This document shows, piece by piece, positions 26,654 through 36,157 of a stretch of 64,000 nt of DNA. Both the position numbers and the translations under genes were made by a program. A model generated the notes under the pieces. That model was given only the letters and a program-made list of their open reading frames with translations, was not told the origin of the DNA and did no database searches. How positions within the stretch are numbered: the first letter of the stretch is position 1; every line of letters starts with the position of its first letter. Source of the stretch: Candidatus Kaiserbacteria bacterium (GTDB lineage: Bacteria > Patescibacteriota > Minisyncoccia > Phycocordibacterales > UBA2100); the NCBI GenBank assembly GCA_016186765.1, contig JACPLD010000002.1:35272-99271 (forward strand), written 5' to 3'.

Positions 26654-28348
26654 ATGACGACACAGTTCAACGAAAAGAAGCAGGCCGAGCGGCTTGAGGA
26701 GCTTCGCAAGAAAGAAGAGGAGCAACTTGCGGAAATGCTCTCGCACAAGTACGGCGTCGACTACGTCGATCTCACAAAAAAATCCATCGACACAGACGCG
26801 CTCCGCCTAGTAGGAGAAGAGGAAGCACGCGCTGCTGAGATCGCCGCGTTCCGTAAGATCGCCAAAAAGCTCTTCGTCGCGATGCGCGCGCCGGAGAGGA
26901 GCGACACGCTGCAGGTAGTGGAGAAACTGAAGCGCCTCGGCTACGAGGTGCAGCGATTCATCGTCTCTCGCGACTCGCTTGCGCACGCGTGGGATCGCTA
27001 CCACGACCTTTCCTACGCGACCGAAACCGAAGCGGGAATACTTACGCTCAGCAACGAAACAATCCAGCGAATGCTCGAAAAGCTGAAGACCCTCAACGAC
27101 GTCCGCACGGAAATCGCAAGCTACGCGGGAAGCAAGGACACGCACCGCATCTCGCGCGTCTTGGAGATCATCATGGGCGGTGCCTTATCGCTTGGCGCTT
27201 CCGACGTACACCTCGAGCCTGAAGAGGAGGGAGTGCGCATGCGCTACCGCCTCGACGGCGTCTTGACCCTCGTACTGCAGTTCGACGCACCCACCTACGC
27301 TCTGATCGCTTCGCGAATCAAACTCCTCTCCGGACTAAAGCTCAACATCAAGAACGCCGCACAGGACGGGCGCTTCTCGATAGTCGTGAACGAAAAGGAG
27401 ATCGAGATCCGCACGAGTGTGTTACCCGGCGCGTATGCGGAAACGATCGTGATGCGTATCTTGGATCCCACGACGATCGCGCTCCCGATGGAAAGATTAG
27501 GCTTCGACAAGTACCTCATGGAGATTTTCAGGGTCGAGATCGCAAAGCCAAACGGCATGATCCTCAACACCGGTCCTACCGGATCTGGAAAGACGACAAC
27601 CCTCTACGCATTCCTTAGGCAGGTGCATAACCCCGGCATCAAGATCGTCACGATAGAAGACCCGATCGAGTACCACCTTCCCGGTATCGTGCAGACGCAG
27701 GTCTCGAAAGACTATACCTTTGCAGAGGGCTTGCGCTCCACACTTCGGCAAGACCCAGATGTAATCATGGTTGGCGAGATTCGCGACAGCGAAGTTGCCT
27801 CAACGGCGGTGCACGCCTCTCTCACGGGGCACCTCGTCTTCTCGACACTGCATACGAATGATGCCGCGGGCACGTTCCCGCGCCTCATCGATATGGGCGT
27901 GAACGCCGACATTTTGGGAGCGGCTGTAACGACAGCGATGGCGCAGCGCCTGGTGCGTCGACTTTGTGAACACTGCCGCGAGGCAAAGGTGATCGCCGGG
28001 GAGGATAAAAAACTCATGGAGCCGCTCCTCAAGAGCATCCCGCACGCCGAAGACCTTCCAAAAAATCGCGACACGATGTGGATTGCGAAGGGCTGCGACA
28101 AATGCGGCGGCTTAGGCTACAAAGGCCGCATCGCTGTCGTTGAGGTCATCCTCATGGACAAAGAGATCGAGGAGTGCGTGCGGCACTCCAGCAGCGAGCG
28201 TGACATCTGGAAAGCGGCACGGCACCAAGAGATCCGCCGAATGGCGCAAGATGGTGTCGTGAAAGTGCTGCAGGGCACTACCTCGCTCGATGAACTCGGC
28301 AGAGTAGTTGACTTACGAGATGAGGTCATGTTGGAAGCAATTGCATGA
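26654..28348 (+). CDS. pilB: Type IV pilus assembly / type II secretion ATPase (PilB/GspE family)
   Basis: GPTGSGKTTTLYAFL Walker A, HLVFSTLHTND, and the C-terminal Cys cluster CEHC...CDKCGG. Confidence 0.85.
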   Translation: MTTQFNEKKQAERLEELRKKEEEQLAEMLSHKYGVDYVDLTKKSIDTDALRLVGEEEARAAEIAAFRKIAKKLFVAMRAPERSDTLQVVEKLKRLGYEVQRFIVSRDSLAHAWDRYHDLSYATETEAGILTLSNETIQRMLEKLKTLNDVRTEIASYAGSKDTHRISRVLEIIMGGALSLGASDVHLEPEEEGVRMRYRLDGVLTLVLQFDAPTYALIASRIKLLSGLKLNIKNAAQDGRFSIVVNEKEIEIRTSVLPGAYAETIVMRILDPTTIALPMERLGFDKYLMEIFRVEIAKPNGMILNTGPTGSGKTTTLYAFLRQVHNPGIKIVTIEDPIEYHLPGIVQTQVSKDYTFAEGLRSTLRQDPDVIMVGEIRDSEVASTAVHASLTGHLVFSTLHTNDAAGTFPRLIDMGVNADILGAAVTTAMAQRLVRRLCEHCREAKVIAGEDKKLMEPLLKSIPHAEDLPKNRDTMWIAKGCDKCGGLGYKGRIAVVEVILMDKEIEECVRHSSSERDIWKAARHQEIRRMAQDGVVKVLQGTTSLDELGRVVDLRDEVMLEAIA

Positions 28349-28361
28349 TTTGACCACAAAA

Positions 28362-28385
28362 CCCCATTGCGGGGGTGCAATGGGG
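28362..28385 (+). terminator. Hairpin CCCCATTGC-ggggt-GCAATGGGG after pilB
   Basis: Perfect 9-bp stem, located 14 nt after the pilB stop. Confidence 0.5.
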
Positions 28386-28684
28386 TGTTAGTGTTTGAAT
28401 AGCCCTTCGACAAGCTCAGGATAAACGAGGCACACAATTTCGGGCGATGCTTTCGACATGAAAGTTGCGGCGTGGTTCTAAGGATAGGGGCCGTAAGGCC
28501 GCAAGGCGGCCTACCGCCACCGTCCTCGAAAAAGCCACCATCGCCCGAAGCTATGTGCCTCGGCAGCGTTACAAAAATGAATTACAAAAAGAGGTATACG
28601 TAAACTGCGCGAAAGAGTATCACATAATATTTAAAAGTCAAGAGCCTCGTTCCCCGCGTCAGACGCGGCAAATGAGCCTCCGCT

Positions 28685-29686
28685 ATGAAAAAAGAAACAG
28701 AAAAATCGCCGCGTTCCCTTGATCAAGCGCTCCGCCCTTCGGATTGGAAGGACTACGTTGGGCAAACAGGCATCAAAGAAAATCTCCGCATTCTCCTCAC
28801 GGCCGCGAAAGGCCGCAATCACCAGCCTGAACACGTTCTTTTGTACGGCCCTCCCGGTCTGGGCAAAACGACGCTCGCGCATCTGATGGCGCGAGAGATC
28901 GGCGCCTCGCTCCGGAGCACCTCCGGGCCTGCGATCGAGCGTGTGGGCGACCTCGCATCGATCCTCACCAACCTCTCTCCCGGCGACGTGCTCTTCATCG
29001 ACGAGATACACCGCCTCAACCGCACGATCGAGGAGGTGCTCTACCCTGCGATGGAAAGCGGCGTCCTCGACATCGTCATCGGCAAGGGCCCCTCGGCACG
29101 CACCGTACAGCTCGAGCTCCCACCATTCACCCTTATTGCCGCGACGACCCGCATCTCGATGCTCTCTGCACCTTTGCGCTCCCGCTTCTCCGGTGGCACG
29201 TTCCGCCTCAACTACTACGACGAGGCCGAGATCATGGAAATTCTCGCGCGCTCCGCAAAAATCCTACACATTATGACCGACGGTGAGTCGGTTCGCGAGA
29301 TCGCTCGTCGCTCTCGCGCAACACCACGTACCGCCAACTACCTTTTGAAGCGCGCGCGGGATTTTGCTGAGGTGAACGAAGAAAAATTGGACCTGAAGAC
29401 AGTGAAGAAAGCACTCGCGCTCCTTGAAATCGATGAGGGTGGCCTCAACCAAACCGATCGTGACATTCTTGCGGTCATCGTTGAGAAATTCAAAGGCGGT
29501 CCTGTCGGATTGAAAACTGTCGCGGCGTCGCTTTCAGAAGAAGAAGAAACGATCGAAGAAGTGCACGAGCCGTACTTGATGCAACTCGGATTGCTAGAAC
29601 GTACTCCGCGAGGACGAGCCGTCACCTCAAAAGGCTACGCCCACATCGGCGCTGAAACATCGCGAGAACAGAAGAGGCTGATTTGA
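28685..29686 (+). CDS. ruvB: Holliday junction ATP-dependent DNA helicase RuvB
   Basis: LLYGPPGLGKTTLA, DEIHRL, and full-length similarity to RuvB. Confidence 0.9.
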   Translation: MKKETEKSPRSLDQALRPSDWKDYVGQTGIKENLRILLTAAKGRNHQPEHVLLYGPPGLGKTTLAHLMAREIGASLRSTSGPAIERVGDLASILTNLSPGDVLFIDEIHRLNRTIEEVLYPAMESGVLDIVIGKGPSARTVQLELPPFTLIAATTRISMLSAPLRSRFSGGTFRLNYYDEAEIMEILARSAKILHIMTDGESVREIARRSRATPRTANYLLKRARDFAEVNEEKLDLKTVKKALALLEIDEGGLNQTDRDILAVIVEKFKGGPVGLKTVAASLSEEEETIEEVHEPYLMQLGLLERTPRGRAVTSKGYAHIGAETSREQKRLI

Positions 29687-29788
29687 CGAAGTGTGGATAA
29701 GAAGCAAACCCGCGCTTGCAGGGACATACAATGACCGCAACGCACGGTAGCGCTCCGTGGAGCATACACCCCATGAGATGGCGAAAGA

Positions 29789-29803
29789 CTATCTCACGGG
29801 GTA
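29789..29803. repeat. 15-mer CTATCTCACGGGGTA, paired with a degenerate inverted copy at 29769-29781
   Basis: Same motif as at 6626-6725. Confidence 0.8.
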
Positions 29804-29832
29804 AAGAAAAGCTGCTCCACGGCGTTTTAGCG

Positions 29833-29861
29833 AAAGAGGCCTCCGCGGGGGAGGCCTCTTT
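29833..29861. terminator. Bidirectional hairpin AAAGAGGCCTCC-gcggg-GGAGGCCTCTTT
   Basis: Perfect 12-bp GC-rich stem flanked by T-rich runs, lying between the convergent ruvB and 30122-31858 genes. Confidence 0.6.
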
Positions 29862-30121
29862 CGTTTCTCGGCCATTTGCGGATCAGTTGCTTTGGCCGAC
29901 GGCTCCTGCAACGCAGTGCTTGCGCACCGGACCCAAGGAGCTGTCATCTGGTGTGTCGGGGATCGCTCCCGTCCTCTCTCGATGACGCCTGACGCACGGT
30001 AAAGCGCATCAGTGCTCCCGAGTATAGCGGGCCGTACTTGGTGTCAAATTTATGCAACTATCCCTTTTTTGGGGATTTCCTGTGCATGGAGCTGTGTATA
30101 AACCGTCCTCCCCGCTAATCC

Positions 30122-31858
30122 CTAGAGCCACCAGAAGAGCGCCTCCCCGATGTTCGTAAAGAGAGTGCCGACTGCTTCTCCAATTGTTCCGAAGCTTTTA
30201 CCCATCACCGAAAAGAAACTCCGCGGCGGAGGTGTACCCTCTTCCCCCTCGCCGGGAATAAATCCATCAATTGGCGAAAACGGCTCGAACGGCGTGTCCG
30301 AAATCTGCGGCTCTTCGGTTTCACTCACTCCTTCCACATCTGCGCTTTGCGATGCATCGCCTCCAACATATGGGGAAGAAGTAGTGCCCGCGATGTCCTC
30401 GATCGCTTCGCTAGCACCTCGGGCACTCTCCCCTCCCGCAAAGCCTGACGGAATCGATTCGAATGGTTCGGAGGCGACATTAATGGGCTCAACTATCGTG
30501 GGATCTCCCGGCACGAGCGTCGACTCGTCGGCGGAAAGTGTCAAGATCAAACGTCCGCGCTCAAGCGGCGGCTTCTCCTCGCGCACGGGCAGCTGCTCCT
30601 CTGCTTCGCCCACTGACTCCTGCTGCAACGTTTCCTCGGAGGAAAAAGCACTGCTCACAAATTCGCCCACCGGCGCCACGACGTTGTCTAAAATCGTACG
30701 GACGAACGAATCTGCACCCTCCTGCCCCTCAAGATCTTTCGCTGTTACGTTCACACTCGGCCGCTTTGTGTTTTGCGCGAGGTTCGCGATGATGTCGGCC
30801 GGGGAAGGCAGCGGTTTGGGAAAGGTGGGCATGGTAGTGACGGTGACCCCGAAGTCTTTGTTGTAGTAATAGCTAGGCTCTTGCGGGGTGTGCGCGATTG
30901 TGCGGACCGTGGAACCACCCGCGCTGCCGCTTCCACCTCCGCTTCCGCCGTTACCGAACACCCAATTTGCGACATTGCTCAAAATCGGCGAATCCCAAAA
31001 CGACTGCCTCGGCACACCGGACTCACTCGGCGGTCCTCCTCGCGCGTCGCCAGAAGATTTGCTCGGAGCAGCACCAGAGTCTGCTATGTTTCCAATTCGT
31101 TGCGCCGCAGAAGTTTGTGCACCCGGAGTTTCCCCCCCTGCCGAGGACGCGGGCGCTTGGGCAGTGGGAGCTTGCGCTGCGATTTGTCCGGTCGGTGCTG
31201 TAGGCGCTTGAGCGGCTGGTTCAGTAGGTTTTGTAGCATCGGAAGCCGGAATAACTTCCGCAGCAGTAGGCCTTGTGGGGTATTCGGGAGCAGACTCGTA
31301 ACCAGCCGCAGGCTTAGGAGGTGTGCACCCTTCACAAACAGTACCCGTGTTAAGCCCCGCGGTTGGTTTAGTAAGCTGCTTCAATGATTCCTCATCCCCC
31401 TCTTCGATTTGTTGGGGATTCCCTTCCTCATCCACGTAATAATCAGCTTTACAATTCTCGACTCCAACACAGTGACCTTGCACATCTACATTGGCTTCTT
31501 CCTTAAATTCAACGCACGACCTCCCGAACAAGTTAGTTATCTGCGCCGGCTTACCTGTTGAGGAATCATATCCCGGAAATGTCGCCGGATACCATCTGCT
31601 CTTGTCACCCACCTCAAGATAGCGCGCCGTTGGAGTTTCAGAAGGACATTGTTTATTCGAGCCTGTTAATGACTGCGGCACATCTGACAGCAGAGATCCG
31701 CCCGAGCTGCCGGACGATGCTGGGGCGCTTACGTCCGCAGCCGCCAGCTGCCCTTTAGGCAGGACCGCATCAGCATCCGGCTCTAGCACCCAGACCATCG
31801 TCCCAAATGCAAGACACAAACCGAAGAATACAAGAAGTCTCTGCGCTCCCTGCTGCAT
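30122..31858 (-). CDS. Large secreted low-complexity protein (Ala/Pro/Thr/Gln-rich)
   Basis: N-terminal signal anchor and PTEPAAQAPTAPTGQIAAQAPTAQAP repeats; 578 aa. Confidence 0.5.
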   Translation of the reverse strand: MQQGAQRLLVFFGLCLAFGTMVWVLEPDADAVLPKGQLAAADVSAPASSGSSGGSLLSDVPQSLTGSNKQCPSETPTARYLEVGDKSRWYPATFPGYDSSTGKPAQITNLFGRSCVEFKEEANVDVQGHCVGVENCKADYYVDEEGNPQQIEEGDEESLKQLTKPTAGLNTGTVCEGCTPPKPAAGYESAPEYPTRPTAAEVIPASDATKPTEPAAQAPTAPTGQIAAQAPTAQAPASSAGGETPGAQTSAAQRIGNIADSGAAPSKSSGDARGGPPSESGVPRQSFWDSPILSNVANWVFGNGGSGGGSGSAGGSTVRTIAHTPQEPSYYYNKDFGVTVTTMPTFPKPLPSPADIIANLAQNTKRPSVNVTAKDLEGQEGADSFVRTILDNVVAPVGEFVSSAFSSEETLQQESVGEAEEQLPVREEKPPLERGRLILTLSADESTLVPGDPTIVEPINVASEPFESIPSGFAGGESARGASEAIEDIAGTTSSPYVGGDASQSADVEGVSETEEPQISDTPFEPFSPIDGFIPGEGEEGTPPPRSFFSVMGKSFGTIGEAVGTLFTNIGEALFWWL

Positions 31859-32006
31859 ACCTACATGGTAGCGCTTTTTGCCCTCTTCAAAATGCTCTGC
31901 GTGAACAACCTCTCAACCCAGTTTCGGCTTATACAAAAGTCCATAGAGAAGAGGCCGGACGTTCGCACGCGCGAATGCCGGCCCCGACTCCTCGCTGTCG
32001 CATCCT

Positions 32007-32285
32007 TCATCGGGAAGCAGCCTTTGGTGGCCTGCTGATGAGTCTGACTCCACCGTAAGCCTCGTCGCCTTCCACTCGGACAATGACCCCAACCAAGCTT
32101 CCGTCGGGAAGCCTGACTTTCGTCCAGCACCATTCGACTCCTTTTTCGTCAGGAGCAGGGTGGCACCCGTTCTCGGGGGCAGCCTTCTCAGCCGCCAAAA
32201 CTGCCGGTGGGGGTGGATCTTCAGCGTAGGCCGCAAAGGGCAGCGCCGCTGCAGCGGCAGCAATCAACATCAGAAAGGCGCGCAT
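32007..32285 (-). CDS. Small secreted hypothetical protein
   Basis: MRAFLMLIAAAAAALPFAAYA signal peptide; the start lies just downstream of a REP copy. Confidence 0.3.
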   Translation of the reverse strand: MRAFLMLIAAAAAALPFAAYAEDPPPPAVLAAEKAAPENGCHPAPDEKGVEWCWTKVRLPDGSLVGVIVRVEGDEAYGGVRLISRPPKAASR

Positions 32286-32348
32286 GGCGGCCTCCTTAAG
32301 CTGTTTGCGATCCCACTTATGGCAGGGACCTTCTCCGCACAACGCACC

Positions 32349-32373
32349 TGCGGTCAAGGTAAGACCTTGACCG
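32349..32373. repeat. REP-like palindrome CGGTCAAGGT-aag-ACCTTGACCG (copy 1)
   Basis: Same 21-25-nt perfect hairpin as at 34897 and 35632. Confidence 0.85.
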
Positions 32374-32657
32374 TTAAACACGCTCTGCGGAGAATCCCTG
32401 CCTGCCTGCAAACAGGCCTGCCCACGATATGAGGAGTCTTTGAAAGAACAACGCCTGCCCGCCGAAGCCTCGGCGTAGGCGGGGACTTTTGTAAGTCCGG
32501 CTTTGCGCTCCACCTCGGGAGTCCAAGGCCGGACCAGCAATGGAGTACTACAACTGCATCATATGCCTTCTGATGCGTACGTGAAGAGCATTATGCCAGA
32601 ATGAAAGCGTTTGTCAACCGATTGACAGGTGGGACACTTTTGGTACACTCCATACAT

Positions 32658-32897
32658 ATGGCAACGAGCAAAACACGTTTGCAAATCACGCTTGCCCCCG
32701 ACGTGGGTCCCGCGATCAAGCTCCTCGCCAAGCGCGACCGCGTACCCGCAGCGACCAAAGCCGCGCAACTCCTACGCCAGGCCATCGAGATGGAGGAGGA
32801 TCTGTACTTGTCGAAGATCGCAGAGGAGCGTGACGTTCCCGGCGCAAAATGGCTCACGGAAAAAGAGTTCTGGAAAGCTGCAATGAAAAAGAAATAA
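32658..32897 (+). CDS. Ribbon-helix-helix type II antitoxin
   Basis: 79 aa; RLQITLAPDV beta-strand followed by two helices. It ends 3 nt before the RelE/ParE gene. Confidence 0.55.
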   Translation: MATSKTRLQITLAPDVGPAIKLLAKRDRVPAATKAAQLLRQAIEMEEDLYLSKIAEERDVPGAKWLTEKEFWKAAMKKK

Positions 32898-32900
32898 CCC

Positions 32901-33176
32901 ATGCGCTATAGTGTTCTTTTTGTACATGCCGTCTTGGCAAAAGACGTACCGTCACTCGACCGTAGCGTGTTGCAGCAGATACACGAAGCCATCGATTCCA
33001 AATTGAAAACGGATCCGGATGTCTTCGGGAAACCGCTCCGCCGCTCGCTCAAAGGTTATCGCTCGCTTCGCGTGGGCAATTATCGGATCGTATATCGAAT
33101 TGAAAAAGCGCTGGTACGCGTTGTTGCGATCATTCACCGCTCGCGTGGATACGAAGAGGTCTCCCGTCGGACGTAA
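32901..33176 (+). CDS. RelE/ParE-family type II toxin
   Basis: LKGYRSLRVGNYRIVYRIEKALVRVVAIIHRS is the classic RelE/ParE core. Confidence 0.8.
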   Translation: MRYSVLFVHAVLAKDVPSLDRSVLQQIHEAIDSKLKTDPDVFGKPLRRSLKGYRSLRVGNYRIVYRIEKALVRVVAIIHRSRGYEEVSRRT

Positions 33177-33216
33177 GAAACAGAAAGACCGCACTTCGCA
33201 CGAGCGCGGTCTCGAG

Positions 33217-33564
33217 TCACTCTCCATACGTCCCATACTGCCCGTACCGATAGAGTAGCATCTGAATGCTCTCGATGTCGGCACCAAGCACATACTCGCG
33301 GCAGACGAGTGTCGCCGGGACGCCCCCTTGGTGCGTCAACCGCCACAGCGCGTCTGCGCACACAGTGTCCTTCTCTATGTCGCACTTCATGTACAGAACG
33401 CCTGCATCATCAAGAAAGCGCTCCAAATAGAGACAGTACGGGCACCATGCCGTCCTAAAGACGACAACGGGTTTCACCTTGCCATCGCACACGATGGCGT
33501 TCGCCGGCAATGGAGCGAGCGCGATGAGCGCCGCGCACAAGAAAAGCCAACGTTTCATCGTCAT
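33217..33564 (-). CDS. Secreted glutaredoxin-like thiol-disulfide oxidoreductase
   Basis: Signal peptide followed by the WCPYC active site. Confidence 0.6.
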   Translation of the reverse strand: MTMKRWLFLCAALIALAPLPANAIVCDGKVKPVVVFRTAWCPYCLYLERFLDDAGVLYMKCDIEKDTVCADALWRLTHQGGVPATLVCREYVLGADIESIQMLLYRYGQYGTYGE

Positions 33565-33664
33565 GTCCTCCTGAACACTGTTGCAACTCTCACGAGTGTG
33601 GCACGGCTACACGCTCGAATCAAACAGAAGTGGCCGCTCCTTCGAGAGCGACCACTCAAGGTCT

Positions 33665-34228
33665 TCACGGCATCTTGCCGAGCAGGTACTTCCTGGGACT
33701 TTCGGCTACAGTGCCTTCTTCTGGCCCGGGGTCTTTCCCGCACAGCCCGCCTTGCCTGCGAAGCTCGTAGCCCGGTACATTGGACTGCCGGATGAACGCC
33801 ATCCGTCCGCAGTAGCTGGGAACAGCGACCCCAACTTCGACGGGCCTGTCCTTCGACGGGATCTGCATCGCAACCCCGTCTGAAAAGGGATAGGGCTCCC
33901 TGTACATGAAACAGGATTCCTCATCCCATTCCATCTCCTGATTGCCGTTAACATCAGGAGCTTTCGTCTCGAACCCATCGACCAGATAGCCGTTGGCGTC
34001 CCGTCCAACGATTTTCGGGACAGGTTGGCCAGTCGCGGGATTCAGCTTCCATGCCGGGTGCGACCGGCAGAACTCTACCCAGAGGTAGAACATGGTTTGA
34101 AGCTCCGCGGGCTTCTTGATTAACTCGGTGTTGATACGAGTCGGAGGAAGCGGCTGGCCGTCTTGGGCCATTGCGCCGTTTACACCCAGGCCCAGCAGAA
34201 ACGCTAGGGCCGCGACGGTGATTCTCAT
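33665..34228 (-). CDS. Secreted hypothetical protein
   Basis: MRITVAALAFLLGLGVNGAMAQ signal peptide and four Cys residues. Confidence 0.4.
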   Translation of the reverse strand: MRITVAALAFLLGLGVNGAMAQDGQPLPPTRINTELIKKPAELQTMFYLWVEFCRSHPAWKLNPATGQPVPKIVGRDANGYLVDGFETKAPDVNGNQEMEWDEESCFMYREPYPFSDGVAMQIPSKDRPVEVGVAVPSYCGRMAFIRQSNVPGYELRRQGGLCGKDPGPEEGTVAESPRKYLLGKMP

Positions 34229-34357
34229 CCTGATTTCCTTTCTCCTTATGCAGTTGTCAAGTGTCAACCCCCTGTAAACTAAATCACGGCCCATGATTGC
34301 TGTCCAGTTGTAGCGCAGGATATCCCTACTCATACTCTAGTGACAAACTTCTAGCGT

Positions 34358-34888
34358 ATGGCCGGACACAGCAAGTGGGCGCAGATCAAGCGCCAAAAGG
34401 AGAAGACCGACGCGGCCAAAAGCGGTCTGTGGAGCAAACTAGGGAAGCGCATCACAGTCGAATCGAAAAAGGCAAAAGGCGACATGAACGCGCCCAACCT
34501 TCGCTCCGCGATAGAGCTCGCCAAGTATGCGAACATGCCGAAAGGCAACATCGAGCGCGCGGTAGCCCGCGGCACTTCGGCTGACGCCGCGGCGCTCGAA
34601 GCGGTCACCTACGAAGCCTACGGACCGGGCGGCGCGGCTATTGTCATCGAGGCTCTCACGGACAGCCGCAACCGCACGTCGCAAGAGATCAAACACATCC
34701 TTTCTAAAAACGGCCTCGCGCTCGCTTCCCCCGGAAGTGCACTCTGGGCATTTGAAAAAACTACCGAGGGATACGAACCGAAAACGAATGTTCCTCTTTC
34801 GGACGCAGACAACGAGCAGTTGATAAAAATCTTGGAGGAGATCGACGCCCACGACGACGTCGAGAATGTATATACGAACGCCGAGTAA
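34358..34888 (+). CDS. yebC: YebC/PmpR-family DNA-binding regulator (short form)
   Basis: MAGHSKWAQIKRQK... Confidence 0.8.
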   Translation: MAGHSKWAQIKRQKEKTDAAKSGLWSKLGKRITVESKKAKGDMNAPNLRSAIELAKYANMPKGNIERAVARGTSADAAALEAVTYEAYGPGGAAIVIEALTDSRNRTSQEIKHILSKNGLALASPGSALWAFEKTTEGYEPKTNVPLSDADNEQLIKILEEIDAHDDVENVYTNAE

Positions 34889-34896
34889 TGCACCCA

Positions 34897-34923
34897 CAGC
34901 GGTCAAGGTAAGACCTTGACCGC
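34897..34923. repeat. REP-like palindrome AGCGGTCAAGGT-aag-ACCTTGACCGCT (copy 2, 12-bp stem)
   Basis: Perfect 27-nt palindrome immediately 5' of the RAYT gene. Confidence 0.85.
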
Positions 34924-34942
34924 TGATGGTATACTTGCCTCA

Positions 34943-35647
34943 ATGGGCGAGCGAAAAGTTTTCTTCCAGCCCGGCGAGTGGTTCCACTGCTATAACCGCG
35001 GCGTGGACAAGAGGCGTGTATTTATGTCGCCAAGTGACTACCGTCGTTTTCTAGCGCTCATGTACGCATGCAACAACATTGAACCAATTCATGTCAGCGA
35101 CTACGAGCGCGGACTTAGAAGTAAGAAACTTGCCGATGTCCTCGCCATCGCACGGAAAGCACCGCTTGTAGACATCGGCGCGTACAATCTGATGCCAAAC
35201 CATTACCATCTTCTCTTGCGGGAGAGGATCGACGGCGGACTAACGTCCTTCATGCGGAAGCTCGGAACAGCGTATACGATGTATTTCAACATCAAATACG
35301 AGCGAGTCGGCGCACTCTATCAAGGTGCATTCAAGGCGAAGCATGTAAGAACCGACGGATACTTCAAGCGGCTGGTGAACTATATTCACGGCAACCATGC
35401 GGAGCTGACAGAACCAAAATGGAAGGAAGGGAAAGTCAAAAATGAGACTGCGTTATTGAAGGCTCTTGTCGCGTATCCACACTCGAGTCTCCGAGATTAC
35501 TACAGAGATCCTCGGCCAGAATCAGTGATAGTCAGCACAACTTCGCTTCTTGATGTTATCGATGCGATGCCGCGATTAAGGGATATCTTAAAGGATGCGC
35601 GAGTCTTCGCACACCTCCATGATGGGGAGCTCGAGCGGTCAAGGTAA
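34943..35647 (+). mobile_element. REP-associated tyrosine transposase (RAYT, IS200/IS605 Y1 HUH family)
   Basis: FHCYNRG N-terminus, HUH motif MPNHYHLLL, and catalytic-Tyr helix RLVNYIHGNH. It is flanked by REP copies 2 and 3. Confidence 0.75.
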
Positions 35648-35656
35648 GACCTTGAC
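35632..35656. repeat. REP-like palindrome GCGGTCAAGGT-aag-ACCTTGACC (copy 3)
   Basis: Overlaps the RAYT stop and sits 10 nt before the ruvC start. Confidence 0.85.
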
Positions 35657-35665
35657 CAGTTCGGT

Positions 35666-36139
35666 ATGAAAGTACTTGCCATTGATCCCGGCTACGGACG
35701 CTGCGGCATTGCGGTCGTAGAAAAAGAAAACGGAAAAGAAATCCTCATTTATTCCTCATGCGTCGAAACTCCTGCAACGAGTGAGTTTCCGGAGCGGCTC
35801 GCAATCGTTGCGGATGAATGTGCGCGCCTTCTCAGAGAATACAAACCAGGCGCACTCGTGCTTGAGAAGCTGTATATCACCAAAAACCAGAAGACCGCAA
35901 TGCGCGTTGCCGAAGTGCGCGGCGCTCTTATCAGCGCAGCGGCGCGTGCGGGTGTTCCCATCTCCGAGTACACGCCGAGCGAGGTAAAGGCCGCAGTTAC
36001 GGGTAACGGCCGCGCCGACAAGCACGCGGTAACGAAGATACTGCACGCGCTCGTGAAGATTGAAAAAGAGATAAAACATGACGACGAGTACGATGCAATA
36101 GCGATAGCGGTCACGCATCTCGCACGCGTACGTCATTAG
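35666..36139 (+). CDS. ruvC: Crossover junction endodeoxyribonuclease RuvC
   Basis: MKVLAIDPGYGRCGIAV... Confidence 0.85.
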   Translation: MKVLAIDPGYGRCGIAVVEKENGKEILIYSSCVETPATSEFPERLAIVADECARLLREYKPGALVLEKLYITKNQKTAMRVAEVRGALISAAARAGVPISEYTPSEVKAAVTGNGRADKHAVTKILHALVKIEKEIKHDDEYDAIAIAVTHLARVRH

Positions 36140-36157
36140 CGCTACAATTGCCCAAAC

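Noticed and set aside
24517-26697. Plus-strand ORFs 24517-25326, 25526-25843 and 25819-26697, of 269-292 aa
   Set aside because: They lie entirely antisense to polA, whose polymerase motifs are unambiguous.
32007-32540. Full 177-aa ORF 32007-32540
   Set aside because: The N-terminal 85 codons run through the REP hairpin and lack features. Only the signal-peptide-containing C-terminal 92 aa are retained, at low confidence.
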